Positions 1-12,309 of a DNA stretch of 40,977 nt are shown piece after piece. Source of the stretch: Octopus bimaculoides. Lineage: Eukaryota. The stretch spans positions 147,208,010-147,248,986 of the forward strand of contig NC_068984.1 in NCBI RefSeq assembly GCF_001194135.2. The letters run 5' to 3'. Position 1 is the first letter of the stretch, and each line of letters opens with the position of its first letter. The notes under the pieces were generated by a model. It did not search any database. It was not told the DNA's origin and saw only the letters and a list, made by a program, of their open reading frames with translations. A program made the position numbers and the translations under genes.

Positions 1-168
1 ATATATATAACATACAGAAAATTGCACTACTGGGTACTGCACACATTCTACGCAAAACACTTTCAATACAGTAAACATAAGAGCACCACAGCAAACCACA
101 GCACATACCCAAGGCGCACAGAGCTGCGCTCGGTAGTGAAGTGAAAGCACGTTATAAAAATAAAACTA

Positions 169-171
<3 letters not shown>

Positions 172-231
<60 letters not shown>
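172..231 (+). repeat. (AAT)n microsatellite
   Basis: About 20 uninterrupted AAT units read directly. Confidence 0.97.
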
Positions 232-234
<3 letters not shown>

Positions 235-511
235 ATGGATGGAAAAAAGAAGGATTTCAACGAAGGGGAAAAAGGTACTTCCGTCATATCGTTACACAAT
301 GCTTGCTAAGAGCATTACTATGCCAGTGAGACTAAATGGTTCCGATTGGATGATTTTCAAGCGGGTCATTGAGAACTTCGTGGATACCAACGGCGTTTGA
401 TATTACATACACTAAAACCGACACTAGCAGCCAGTTGAAAAGAATTTGCGCCATAGAAAAGATATTTTGATTTAGAGTCACTCTCAATAATTACTAAACC
501 TTTAAATTATT

Positions 512-586
512 GCTGTTGTTTACCACAGCTCAACACTAATTAAACATGAGCTGTTGTTTACCACAGCTCAACACTAATTAAACATG
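512..586 (+). repeat. Tandem duplication of a 37-bp unit
   Basis: gctgttgtttaccacagctcaacactaattaaacatg occurs identically at 512-548 and 550-586. Confidence 0.95.
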
Positions 587-1476
587 TATTCGTTCCATTC
601 CAGAGAAATGTGTTGGTTTAATTTTATAAAAGAATTAATTTGTTCATCAATTCACTTATTTTCTCTGAGGAGGTCGTTGGGGGTAGAGTCTTAAGGCACC
701 TCCCCCCATAGCACCGTATCAGAAGGAACCGTATTTAGACTTTCCGGTTACATTGCCAAATGTGACCAACTAAAACTATGGATATTATCCAACCATTTGG
801 TTCTTGGTCTCCAAACTAAGTCTTCTGTCGGTACGCAAGGCTTTCAGAATTCGTTCTGCGATTCTTTCTTGCGATGTTCTTATCACATGTTCTTTGTAAC
901 GGAATTATGACCTCGCAATGCGGAGAAGTAGCGGCTCGACTTATAAAAATTCTCTGATTTCTTAGTTATGCTTGCGCTTGAGACCGCTTTGTATCTGCGG
1001 TGGTTTCCCTTCGACCAATGTCCAGCCTCCACGACTAAAGATGAGGATAGACACGCAAATGTGTTTTAAGAAAAATCGTTTTCTCTTCTTGAAATGAAAT
1101 ATTACTTTTGAAAGTTGACGTGCAAAATTAATGAATCATTTCGGAAGGGTGCGGAGCATAGAAAAACGCGTGGAACGCCGCTTGGATCATGCGCAGTCAG
1201 TGGAAGGCAGGTACACAAATAGTGGTGATGGAATAGTTGTTGTTACTCTGTGGCCCTTGGTCAATCCTGACTGAGAGAATGATTTGATCAAAGACATTCT
1301 GTCGGCGATTATTCCGCAGTTTTTTTGTTTTGTTATATTTAAGATTATTTTATCTTTGCGCGTCCTTCCAACTATTTTTTTTTATGTTTAAATTGTTAAA
1401 ACTGTTTTCAAGTTTGCGTTTATTTTTAGCGGGTTAAGCGATGATCGCTATGTTGAAGTGGTACTGCATCAAGGTT

Positions 1477-1718
<242 letters not shown>

Positions 1719-1728
1719 GTTGTCTTTT

Positions 1729-1769
1729 TTTGCACAGCTTCTAACGCTGGAGATGTACTACAGTGTCAG
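1729..1769 (-). mobile_element. 3' terminus of an R4/Dong-type non-LTR retrotransposon (same family as 6007-6151)
   Basis: Reverse complement matches 6108-6148 at 37/41 nt (manual count); its 3' side runs into the (AAT)n tract on the minus strand. Confidence 0.7.
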
Positions 1770-1784
1770 CTTTTTCTACACATT

Positions 1785-1905
1785 TTCTGTCTACCAAATC
1801 CACTCATACGGCATTGGTTGGCGCAGAGCTCTTGTGGAAGACCCTTGACCAAGGTGCCACGAAGTGGGACCCAATCTGGAACCATGTGGTTGGGAAGCAA
1901 ATAAA
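1785..1905 (-). mobile_element. tRNA-derived SINE, family A, head region (partial)
   Basis: Reverse complement reads ttgcttcccaaccacatggttccagattgggtcccacttcgtggcaccttggtcaagggtcttcc, which is homologous to the plus-strand heads at 21675 and 33925. Confidence 0.8.
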
Positions 1906-1974
1906 CAAATATAAGTGTGTGGGTGATGGTGGTGGTGCGTCTGTTAGAATTTATTGTCATTATTTGAGTTGCTT

Positions 1975-3030
1975 CTGCTGCTGCTGATGATGATGATGAT
2001 GATGAAGATGATGATGATGATGATGATGATGAAGATGATAGTGATGATGGTTATTTAATACTCGTTCATGTTTCTGGGTTACACCAATTACCTTTCGTCA
2101 TGCTGGCTTAGTTTTCCCCACGTACAACAAGCATTATGTATATAATATGAGATAGAAAAAAAAATATTGTTTTACTTTTATACAATTACATAAGAAGAAC
2201 AGCAGCAGCGACAACAACAACAACAACAACAAAACTATTGGAAAGAAGAAGAAAAAAATAAACAGAACGAAAAGAAAAAAAAGCAAACTTAAATTCGTAA
2301 TAAAATTCCACCGAGATAAGAAATAGAGAAAAAGAAAAGTAAAGAAAAAAAAGCAAGAAAAAAATGTGTGAGGAATAAAGAAGAAGAAGAAGAAGAAGAA
2401 GACAATGATGACGATGGTGATGGTGATGATGTAAAAGAAGAAGAGCAAGGGATGGAGGAGGAAGCAAAGATGAGAAAACGAAGAGGAAATTGATGATGAT
2501 GATGATGATGAGGAGGAGGAGGAGGAGGAGGAGGAGAAGGAGAAGGAGAAGGAAAATGAAAGAGGTGGAGGGAGAGACAAAGAGAAGAAGAAGAAGTAGT
2601 AGAAGAAGAAGAAGAAGAAGAGCAGTGAAAGAGAGGGAAGAGTGGACGAGGTGCAACAGGAAGGGGAGGAGAAAAATGTTAAGTAGCTGGATGTAAAGAA
2701 CTGAGTGTATAAGACAATGAAGGAGGGGAGGGGAGGGGGTTTAGTGAAAGGAGAGACAACGCAAACGAGAAGGATGTACAACAACAACAACAATAAACCA
2801 TGACAAAACAAGTAAAAATGAGATCAAGACTTAAGAACAGGAATAATAGCAGTAACAAAGAAAAAAGAAGGAAAACATTTAGTGGACAGAATAAAGAAGA
2901 AGAAGAAGAAGAAGAAGAAGAAGAAGAAGAAGAAGAAGAAGAAGAAGAAGAAGAAGAAGAAGATGGTGGTGGGGCTGAGGAAGATAAACACAATTTTTGG
3001 TACAAGGTGGTGGTGGTGGTGATGATGATG
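1975..3030 (+). repeat. Purine-rich mosaic of triplet repeats (GAT, CAA, GAA, GAG, GGT)
   Basis: Successive runs read directly, including about 23 GAA units at 2895-2962. Confidence 0.9.
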
Positions 3031-3034
3031 TTGA

Positions 3035-3172
3035 ACGCCGCAGGGTTACTCATTTGCAATGTGAAATGAAGTGCTTTGTTCAAGAACATAACGTACCGCC
3101 CGTTCCGGGGATCGAAACTACGAACCTGTAATCGTGAGTGCGGCACCCTAACCACTAAATTATGCACCTTTA
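3035..3172 (-). mobile_element. tRNA-derived SINE, family B, head (partial)
   Basis: gtgaaatgaagtgctttgttcaagaacataacg...atcgaaactacgaacctgtaatcgtgagtgcggcaccctaaccacta is similar to 7970-8070; the minus strand gives A-box and B-box-like motifs. Confidence 0.75.
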
Positions 3173-3334
3173 GCAATTAACAATGCCAAAAAAGCACAGC
3201 TCAAGATTTGACGAGAGTTTCTTCCTTGATAAAACTTTTGTTTCTCACTGTATTTAGTTTGAAGTGTCACTTTTAAAATCTATTCCGAAGCTTACTGACA
3301 AACTCTTTAAGCTGACCGCTGTGATATTACTTAC

Positions 3335-3386
3335 GCCCACAGATCTGGATTTATCAGTTTGTTTTCAGAAGCATTTGAAAGGTCAT
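3335..3386 (-). CDS. Candidate internal coding exon (52 nt, phase 1 to 2), xDLSNASENKLINPDLW(A)
   Basis: Minus strand: polypyrimidine tract ctgcttctgtcctctgttttaatAG and donor GC|GTAAGT; only one frame is open; non-repetitive context. No homology recognised. Confidence 0.3.
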
Positions 3387-4044
3387 CTATTAAAACAGAG
3401 GACAGAAGCAGGCCAAGATAAATTCAATCAGACAATCGATTGTTCTCTATATTTCAGAGCAGAAAACAAGCGGTGTCTCTGCAGTTGATGCTTCAAGCTT
3501 TAATGTTCCGTTTGATTCAGAGTTTCTCTGAAGACGGATGATATAAATACCTTTCATATTTTATAGGATCACTGCAATCGTGTGCGCCTTTCCTTTACAG
3601 TTGTGAGAAATCAGACAGAAGAACGAGCATGAAAGAAACGAGGGTTTAGTTCCGAAAGCCCAATTTCTCCTCTAACTCACCCATATAAAAAAAAAATACG
3701 CAACCTCACAGCACGCAGATGTAAACACGAGCGATAATCAGAGCATTTTGAGTACCTGAGCATTATAGATGAAACAGAATCTTTAATCACTGGTCCGTGT
3801 TATCACGTATCAATCCGTGATAGGCGTAACATGATTGTACCGTCTTATCTCGAATCAGTGATGAATGAAGCAATAATAAACAAGGGTGGATGCATTTCAG
3901 AGTAAGATTCGCTTCTTCTTTATTGGTTTCCTTCCTTCATAGAAAATGTTCAGAAATTGCAGAAACAAGACGCTACTGAAGAGACATCTTACGAATCAAT
4001 TGAAATCGGATACTTCACATTTCTTAACAAAAACTCATTCTATA

Positions 4045-5580
<1,536 letters not shown>

Positions 5581-5609
5581 AAAATATAAAGAATAAGTGA
5601 TTTACAGAA

Positions 5610-5770
5610 ATACCATCAGCACCACCAACACTGCTACCACCGCTACTACTACTACTATTACTACTACTACTACTCCTCCTCCTCCTACTACCACCACCAC
5701 CACCACCACCACCACCACCACCACCACTACTACTACTATTACTACTACTACTACTACTACTACTACTACA
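5610..5770 (+). repeat. Triplet mosaic (CTA)n/(CCT)n/(CCA)n
   Basis: Read directly. Confidence 0.93.
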
Positions 5771-5794
5771 GCAGCACTGCTACCAATGTCGGAC

Positions 5795-5990
5795 AGTAGT
5801 CATGTTAAGCCACCGTCTCGAGGGGTTTAGTCGAACAAATCGACCCCAGAACCTTTTTTGTTCTTTTAATATGGTAATTATATTATATCTGATCCTTTTG
5901 TCGATCCGTTAAGTTATGGGGACGTAGATAAACCAACACCGATTGTCATCCACTCTACGAACAAATACAAAGACATACACTCAAACATAC
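5795..5990 (-). mobile_element. SINE family A, 3' half
   Basis: ggtttagtcgaacaaatcgaccccag...gttaagttatggggacgtagataaaccaacaccgattgtc is the reverse complement of the tail seen at 10620-10830 and 34130-34310. Confidence 0.8.
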
Positions 5991-6006
5991 AATCGTTGTA
6001 ATAAGG

Positions 6007-6151
6007 GTGGAGCACTTGCGGAAAACAGCACTGCTTGGAACCCTGGAATACTCCGGAAGGTGCTCGAAAAATAAGGGGTGATACCTTAGTTCACTGATAG
6101 TAAACAACTGACATCGCAGTACATCTCTAGCGTTAGAAGCTGTGCAAAGGC
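6007..6151 (+). mobile_element. R4/Dong-type retrotransposon 3' end (RLE C-terminus plus 3' UTR), 5'-truncated
   Basis: Translation VEHLRKTALLGT/(1-nt loss)/GILRKVLEK* resembles the LQKxxLLGTARILRKVL C-terminal motif of R4/Dong ORFs; followed by (AAT)n. Confidence 0.75.

Positions 6152-6207
<56 letters not shown>
6152..6207 (+). repeat. (AAT)n microsatellite between two Dong-type termini
   Basis: Read directly. Confidence 0.95.
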
Positions 6208-6208
<1 letters not shown>

Positions 6209-6410
6209 TGTTCTGCTGGAGATAGTTAGGATTTTGAGAGTGGTACTTGGGTGATGAATGTCTTCCATATTAACTAACAGTCAATTATCAAAGCTTATGA
6301 TGTGCAGAAGAAGACCCTGCGAGACCTCTGACAACAGGCTGCTGTCCGCTCTCACAGGATCAACCAGAGCAAACAAGACCGCGTACTCTGAGAAGTGAAA
6401 CAATAAGAAT
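6205..6410 (+). mobile_element. Second R4/Dong-type 3' end with a different 3' UTR
   Basis: Translation TVLLEIVRILRVVLG* (6207-6254) matches the same C-terminal motif; the 3' UTR boundary is approximate. Confidence 0.55.
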
Positions 6411-7744
6411 GATTACAATTGTGGAGTCTCTGGGTACGAACATAATCCATTTAACCCACTTCTTCGTTACATGAGTTATGGAAATACGTATAGAGGCAAT
6501 CCATTCCAAGCCACTCCCAAACACTTCGTAAAGGAATGAAAGGAAAATTTATTTTCTTTATCCGTAAATAGCATAAATATATGCGTATATATGTATATAT
6601 GAATGTCCGTGAACGTTCTTCCTTTTGTCTTGCTTCTGTCAATCTATGATTATATTTTTTGCAAGAATAAGAAATATTACTTTTTGTAGGAAATATAATA
6701 ATTTGCGAGTTCAATGAAATGCGTACACGGACATTAACAAACCGTTTGTACACGCTTTCCCCAGGCACTTACATGTGTGCGTAATCTACTTCTGGATCGT
6801 TGTTCCAGCTTCAGTTTGTTGGTTAAATATAAGTTTCTTCAAAAACTATTCGCTACAGAATGTGTTCATTTAACATACCGTTTGTTTATGCTCTTTCAAC
6901 AACTTTTACGCATGAGCAGTCATTTCGCTGTTTGTTGTTCAAATCTGAAATCGTTAAGTGAGTGGTTTTCTAGTCACTTTCATGCGAGCGTCATCTACTC
7001 GTGGTTCGTTAATCAAATTTCAGTCCGTTATGCAAGTTTAATTTTCTTCTGAAAAGACGTTCGTCATTCAATCTGTTCGTTTAAAGGATCATTCGTATGT
7101 GTAGTTTGTTACACTTGAGCACTTGCAACCGCATTGCGTTCATACCAACCATTGAGTGATTACTGACTATAAATACGAAAATACGACATAACATGAAAGA
7201 AAGACATGGTTGTTGCAAGCAATACTACGTTACATTAAGAAACATTTCTTAGTATGGGTAGAAAGATTAGCAACTGCTAACAGGTAAAGTTCAAGTTTGA
7301 AGTATCTTCCTGCTTGTCAAAGTGAGCCTTTAATGTTGTGAAGAGCAATCGACTCATTTATTTGTATTGTTACTAAATAGGTTAGTGTCATTGATAAGGA
7401 TGTCATTATCTTGGACAAATGTTTGCATTATGCTCCAACCCTACGAAGTTAATCTGTTCTAATTTGATGCGGTGCAGATAGTAACCTCGTTGACAAAAGC
7501 TGAGTGCAATGAACGAAGTCATTTTTAGCAGGTGCAAATGGAGCATTTAAAATTTTAATGGTTTCGAAGGTAAAGTCTGTGTCATGGAAAGATAAAAGTT
7601 CACCTGTCATGTAAGATCACAGGTTCACACACACTCACGCACATATACATACTTTCCCACCCACGCGCACGCGCACACATACACACACACATACTTTCGC
7701 ATGCACACTCACACACATATACATAAAGTAGATATGCAACCCGC

Positions 7745-8072
7745 CTGCTTAGCACTCCGTCGGTTGCGACGAGTGTCCCAGTTGACTCGATCAACCGAAC
7801 AGCCTGCTCGTGGAATTAATGTGCAAGTGGCTGAGCATTCCACAGACATGTGTAGCTTTAACGTAGTTCTCATGAGGATTCCACATGACACAGAATGTGA
7901 CAAGGCTGGTCCTTTGAAAAATAGGTACAACTCATTTTTGCCAGCTGAAAGGACAGGAACAACATGGAATTAAGTGTCTTGTTCAAGAATACAGCACTCC
8001 GCTGAGAATCGAACTCACGACCTTACAATCGTGAGCCGAGTACTCTAACCACTAAAATACGCGCCTTCGCAG
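7745..8072 (-). mobile_element. tRNA-derived SINE, family B, near full length
   Basis: 3' end of the plus strand (gagaatcgaactcacgaccttacaatcgtgagccgagtactctaaccacta) is a reversed tRNA-like head with B-box; gtgtcttgttcaag follows as in 3060-3170. Confidence 0.8.
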
Positions 8073-8183
8073 GATGCATGCAGACAGCCAGACAGCCAGA
8101 CAGACTGATACGCTTACACACGTGTGCTAACACACACACATACGATCACGCACACACATACATACATGCATATATATACTTAC

Positions 8184-8236
<53 letters not shown>

Positions 8237-8484
8237 CTTGTACACATAACTGACCGAAACCAATTTAGCAAACCACAGAAGCAAATTCCCCACACGTTTC
8301 GAAAGACCTCTATACAAGCATTATGCCATCGAGTGTGACTTTGGCGAAATCCAAAACACACATTTCTTTCCGATCAGACAAACCACAAGTTGTCTTCCTG
8401 CAATCAAAACTAGAATCTCATTATACACGGATTATTAAATAAAAATGAATAATAAAACCGAACTTCTTGCTTTATCCCCGGTCA

Positions 8485-8660
8485 TTTTTATTTGTTTCAA
8501 TCATTTGACTGCGGCCAAGCTGGGGCGCTGCTTCGGAAGATTTTAGTCGAAGAAATCGATATCATTTATGTTTTTGATTATTTTTGAAGTCTGCTACTTA
8601 TTCTACGGGTTCCGATGTCGTATTGTTTACGTCCTCGTAACATAATGATCTAGCAAATAG
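8485..8660 (-). mobile_element. SINE family A tail (degenerate)
   Basis: ttgtttcaatcatttgactgcggccaagctgggg...ttttagtcgaagaaatcga matches 35197-35258 and 5795-5990. Confidence 0.75.
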
Positions 8661-8989
8661 TGGTCAAGACCACTATTTAATATACAAAAACAGATAGTAG
8701 CAATCTACTATCACAGCGAGTTGGAATTACCATGTTTTCAGAAGGGAACGAAAGGAGCACGTGCGCATGCAAGAAATAACAGTAGATTATGAATGTCATT
8801 CTTAATTTTGATCATTTTATACTCATTTTTGATAAGGTTTAAAAAAAAAACGAAACATGTAACGTAAATTAATTAACACACCCCCAAAATTTTTTTAAAA
8901 AGTGGCATTTTCATTTATTTTTAATATCTACTTACTCGTGTGATACATTTATAAATCTTTTCAAATATATATATATATAGAGAGAGAAA

Positions 8990-9090
8990 TTGTAAAAGCA
9001 TTTGCCCAAGGTGCGCTGCGCATTGAGACTGAACTCGAAACCTCATGATTTCAAGAAAGCTTCTGAACCACACAACCACGCAAGCTTCTC
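8990..9090 (-). mobile_element. SINE family A head (partial)
   Basis: catttgcccaaggtgcgctgcgcattgagactgaactcgaaacc...ttctgaaccacacaaccac is a reversed tRNA-like head. Confidence 0.7.
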
Positions 9091-9930
9091 TCTATCTCAT
9101 CACAAAAGATTTTGTTATAAAACAGCATAATAGACAAACATCAAAATATTTGAAAAATCATCGAATGAACTGGTTTCTGATACTTTAATGTGTATATACC
9201 TTTATCTCGGTCTGTGTGACGATCCTCAATTTCTATTTAGATGTATTTTCAGACACCAATCCTCAAAAATAAATATGTTTTTTTTTTTGTATACTTCCTT
9301 TGAGCTTTTTAAAAAATCCTTTTACGCATGAAATCTTTTTGTTTCTTTTGTTTTGCTGTCACGAAAGATGTTTTTCCAGCATTAATCATATATATATTTC
9401 ACAAGTTGACTTTAAAATACTTTTGACGTCTATTGTTGAAATTTGAGATTTTTCTGTAAAGTTTATTGCAGCTAAAACAGATGTAGATGTTTCGTTTCGT
9501 TTTACCAAATCCTGTACAATTAGAGGTTTTTTTTTTTTTTTTNNNNNNNNNNTTTTTTTTTTTTTTGCTCTCAACCAGTTATTAATGTTTCTCTGACGAA
9601 GGAAACATATGTATTTTTGTCTTTCTCCTGTACACAATTACAAGAAATATACGGGTATGGGAGGTCTGATACTTTAATGTTCTTATATCTGTATTGTGAT
9701 CCGTATGACCAATGTAATATTTTAGTGTGCTAAATAGATTTAAGCATGATAGCTATCCAGATATGACTATGTTGAGTTCTTTAAATATCCCTTTACTCAT
9801 GCTGTACTTCCTTTTTATCATTACGGCCGTTTTGTTTTTTGACAGAACAAACATTCATCCATCCATCCATCCATCCATCCATCCATCCATACATACATAC
9901 ATATATACATACATACATATATACATACAT

Positions 9931-10088
9931 AGACTCCAGAGAATATGGAACTCAGAGCATTTAACAAGAGCATGTATCACAACGCTTTTGCAGTACCAGT
10001 GTTGGTGCCAACATTTGGGTTATTGGACCGGACACTAAAAGAGGTAGGCAGCCTTGACATCAAAACCAAAAAGGTACTGGCTACCACG
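9931..10088 (+). mobile_element. R4/Dong-type RT thumb-region fragment
   Basis: Translation RLQRIWNSE/(frameshift)/AFNKSMYHNAFAVPVLVPTFGLLDRTLKEVGSLDIKTKKVLATT resembles the IWxSELSxxNK..N..AxPV..Y..G...W...E....DIKTRKxL block of R4/Dong ORFs. Confidence 0.75.
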
Positions 10089-10339
10089 TCTATACACATA
10101 TATATATATTTATGTATGCATGCATGTATGTATGTATCTATGTATGTGTGTGTGTTTATATATGTATATATTTGTCCTTGTTGTTGTTGTTCTTGTTGTT
10201 TGTATTTGTAATCGTGTAACATTTTCTCCGTTTTCTCGTTTCTTGTCTCTGTTGCCGCACATATTCGTTTGCTTTCTTCCAAAAATTTAATGCCTTTAGC
10301 TTAGATTTTTTGGGGCCTACCAATTTTGAACAGTCTCAA

Positions 10340-10560
10340 ATGTAACAGGCCGAAAGCGTAATGATGATTGGAAGCTTGACTGATGAAAGAAACCTACGAA
10401 TGTTCCGTCTTGGTTTTTCCTGTCCGTCTTTGACTCGTCCATCTGTCTGTATGTCTTTTTCGTCGTCTCTTACGTTCTTATTCCGTTTTTTGTTTGTTTT
10501 GGATATATATATATAGTCCAAATTTACAGAAAGGAAAAGACGAAGACAATCGTAGAAGCA
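10340..10560. mobile_element. Two Penelope-like (PLE-type) terminal fragments facing each other across (TA)n
   Basis: Plus: ctgatga core at 10380, then a pyrimidine-rich tail ending at (TA)n. Minus: 10516-10560 reverse complement (tgtcttcgtcttttcctttctgtaaatttggactatata) resembles the tail at 29960-30008. PLE assignment is inference. Confidence 0.4.
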
Positions 10561-10619
10561 ACAAGCAGGTGTGTGTGTGTATGTATGTATATATGTATGC
10601 GTGTGTGTGTATATGCAGG

Positions 10620-10830
10620 TGCGTCTTTGTGTCCGTGTTTGTTCTCTCTTCTACTTGACAGTCGGTGTTAGTTTGTGTACGTCCCCATAACCTGGCGGTT
10701 CGGTAAAAAGGGATGATAGAATGAGTACCAAACTGAAACAAAAACACAAACATTGGGATCGATCTGTTCGACTATAACCTTTCACGGCGGTGCTCCAGCA
10801 AGGCCCGATAGCTGAAGCCACTAAAAGATA
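10620..10830 (+). mobile_element. SINE family A, 3' half
   Basis: gtccccataacctggcggttcggtaaaaagggatgatagaatgagtacc...gatcgatctgttcgacta...ggcggtgctccagcaaggcc. Confidence 0.8.
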
Positions 10831-10952
10831 AAGCATCCTGCAGGTATAAATTTTGTTCTTTAACCTTAGATCAAGGAAGATAAAGCGCAGATTTATGATT
10901 TAATATCTTTACATCCATAACGATGTCGTCTTTTTATTATTAATGTATTTTT

Positions 10953-11172
10953 AAAGGCAGGAACTGGTAGAATCGTTAACACACCGGAAAAAATGCTTAG
11001 CGACATTTCGTCCGTCTTTACGTTCTATGTTCAAATTCTGCCGAGCTCGACTTTGCCTTTCATCCTTTCGAGGTCGATAAATTAAATACCAGTTAAACAC
11101 TGGGGTCGATGTAATCGACTTATCTCCTCTCCCAAAATTTCAGGCCTTGTGCCTATAGTAAAAACGATTATT
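10953..11172 (+). mobile_element. SINE family C (central gcctttcatcctttcgrggtcgataaa domain), copy 1
   Basis: Homologous along its length to 11184-11400 and 33199-33420; the central motif resembles a Meta/MESC-type SINE domain (inference). Confidence 0.85.
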
Positions 11173-11183
11173 GAGGTCTTTTT

Positions 11184-11400
11184 AAAAGGCAGCGAGGTAG
11201 CAGAACCGTTAACACGCCGGATAAAATGCTTAGCGGCATTTCGTCCGTCTTTAAGTTCAAAAGCCGCTGAGGTCAGTTTTGCTTTTCATCCTTTCGGGGT
11301 CTATAAAATTGGACAGTTCGGCACTCGGGTCGAAATAATCGACTTTTTACTCCTCTTCTAAAATTTCAGGTCATGTGGCATATAACAGAAAGGATTATTT
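11184..11400 (+). mobile_element. SINE family C, copy 2 (tandem with copy 1)
   Basis: Same head (aaaggc..gcagaaccgttaacacgccgg..aaatgcttagcg), core and tail (aaaatttcagg..agaaaggattatt). Confidence 0.85.
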
Positions 11401-11803
11401 AGGTTTTTTTGAAACATGATTTGAAGGAGGCTCTGGTTGCTCTTTCTAACCCTAGGTCGAGTTGGTTGGCTTCAGATATATTCTTCACAAAAGATCTACG
11501 CCCAGGTCCTTCTTGAGAGACGCAGAGACTAGATTTTTCACTCTTGCTGTATATGGGGTTTGGTTTGCTTTAAGGAAGGGTACAGATGGCTTTATTTTAT
11601 TTTTTTCTTTCATATTTTTATTAATAAAATATGTAGATAAATTGTTTTTTTTCTTTTTTCTCTCGTTGTTGAAGGTTGCAAGTTGAAAGATAAGGTAGAG
11701 CTTTCAACATTGCTAATATTTCAGTCGTGGATAGGTGGGTGGCGCTTTCGAAACACAAGCGAAGATAATGAATAGCCAAACAGTCTGTTAATGAATGGAG
11801 ATC

Positions 11804-11888
<85 letters not shown>

Positions 11889-12197
11889 NNNNNNNNNNNN
11901 NNNNNNNNNNNNNNNNNNNNNNNNNNNNNNNNNNNNNNNNNNNNNNNNNNNNNNNNNNNNNNNNNNNNNNNNNNNNNNNNNNNNNNNNNNNNNNNNNNNN
12001 NNNNNNNNNNNNNNNNNNNNNNNNNNNNNNNNNNNNNNNNNNNNNNNNNNNNNNNNNNNNNNNNNNNNNNNNNNNNNNNNNNNNNNNNNNNNNNNNNNNN
12101 NNNNNNNNNNNNNNNNNNNNNNNNNNNNNNNNNNNNNNNNNNNNNNNNNNNNNNNNNNNNNNNNNNNNNNNNNNNNNNNNACCCACACCCACACCCA

Positions 12198-12237
<40 letters not shown>

Positions 12238-12309
12238 TACACACGGATAAGGGTAAACACAAACCCATTTACGTAATTACATATAGAAACACGTATACAG
12301 GTTCAGGGG

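Noticed and set aside
660-1010. Possible degenerate RTE 3' region on the minus strand (LVGHIWQ..)
   Set aside because: Only a few residues match, with multiple stops; not enough to call.
2800-3069. 89-aa ORF with a poly-E tract
   Set aside because: It is (GAA)n read in frame and ends inside a SINE; no splice or homology support.
9665-9690. U2 snRNA-like words (tctgatac, gttcttat)
   Set aside because: The order is scrambled relative to U2 and no flanking U2 sequence or Sm site is present.
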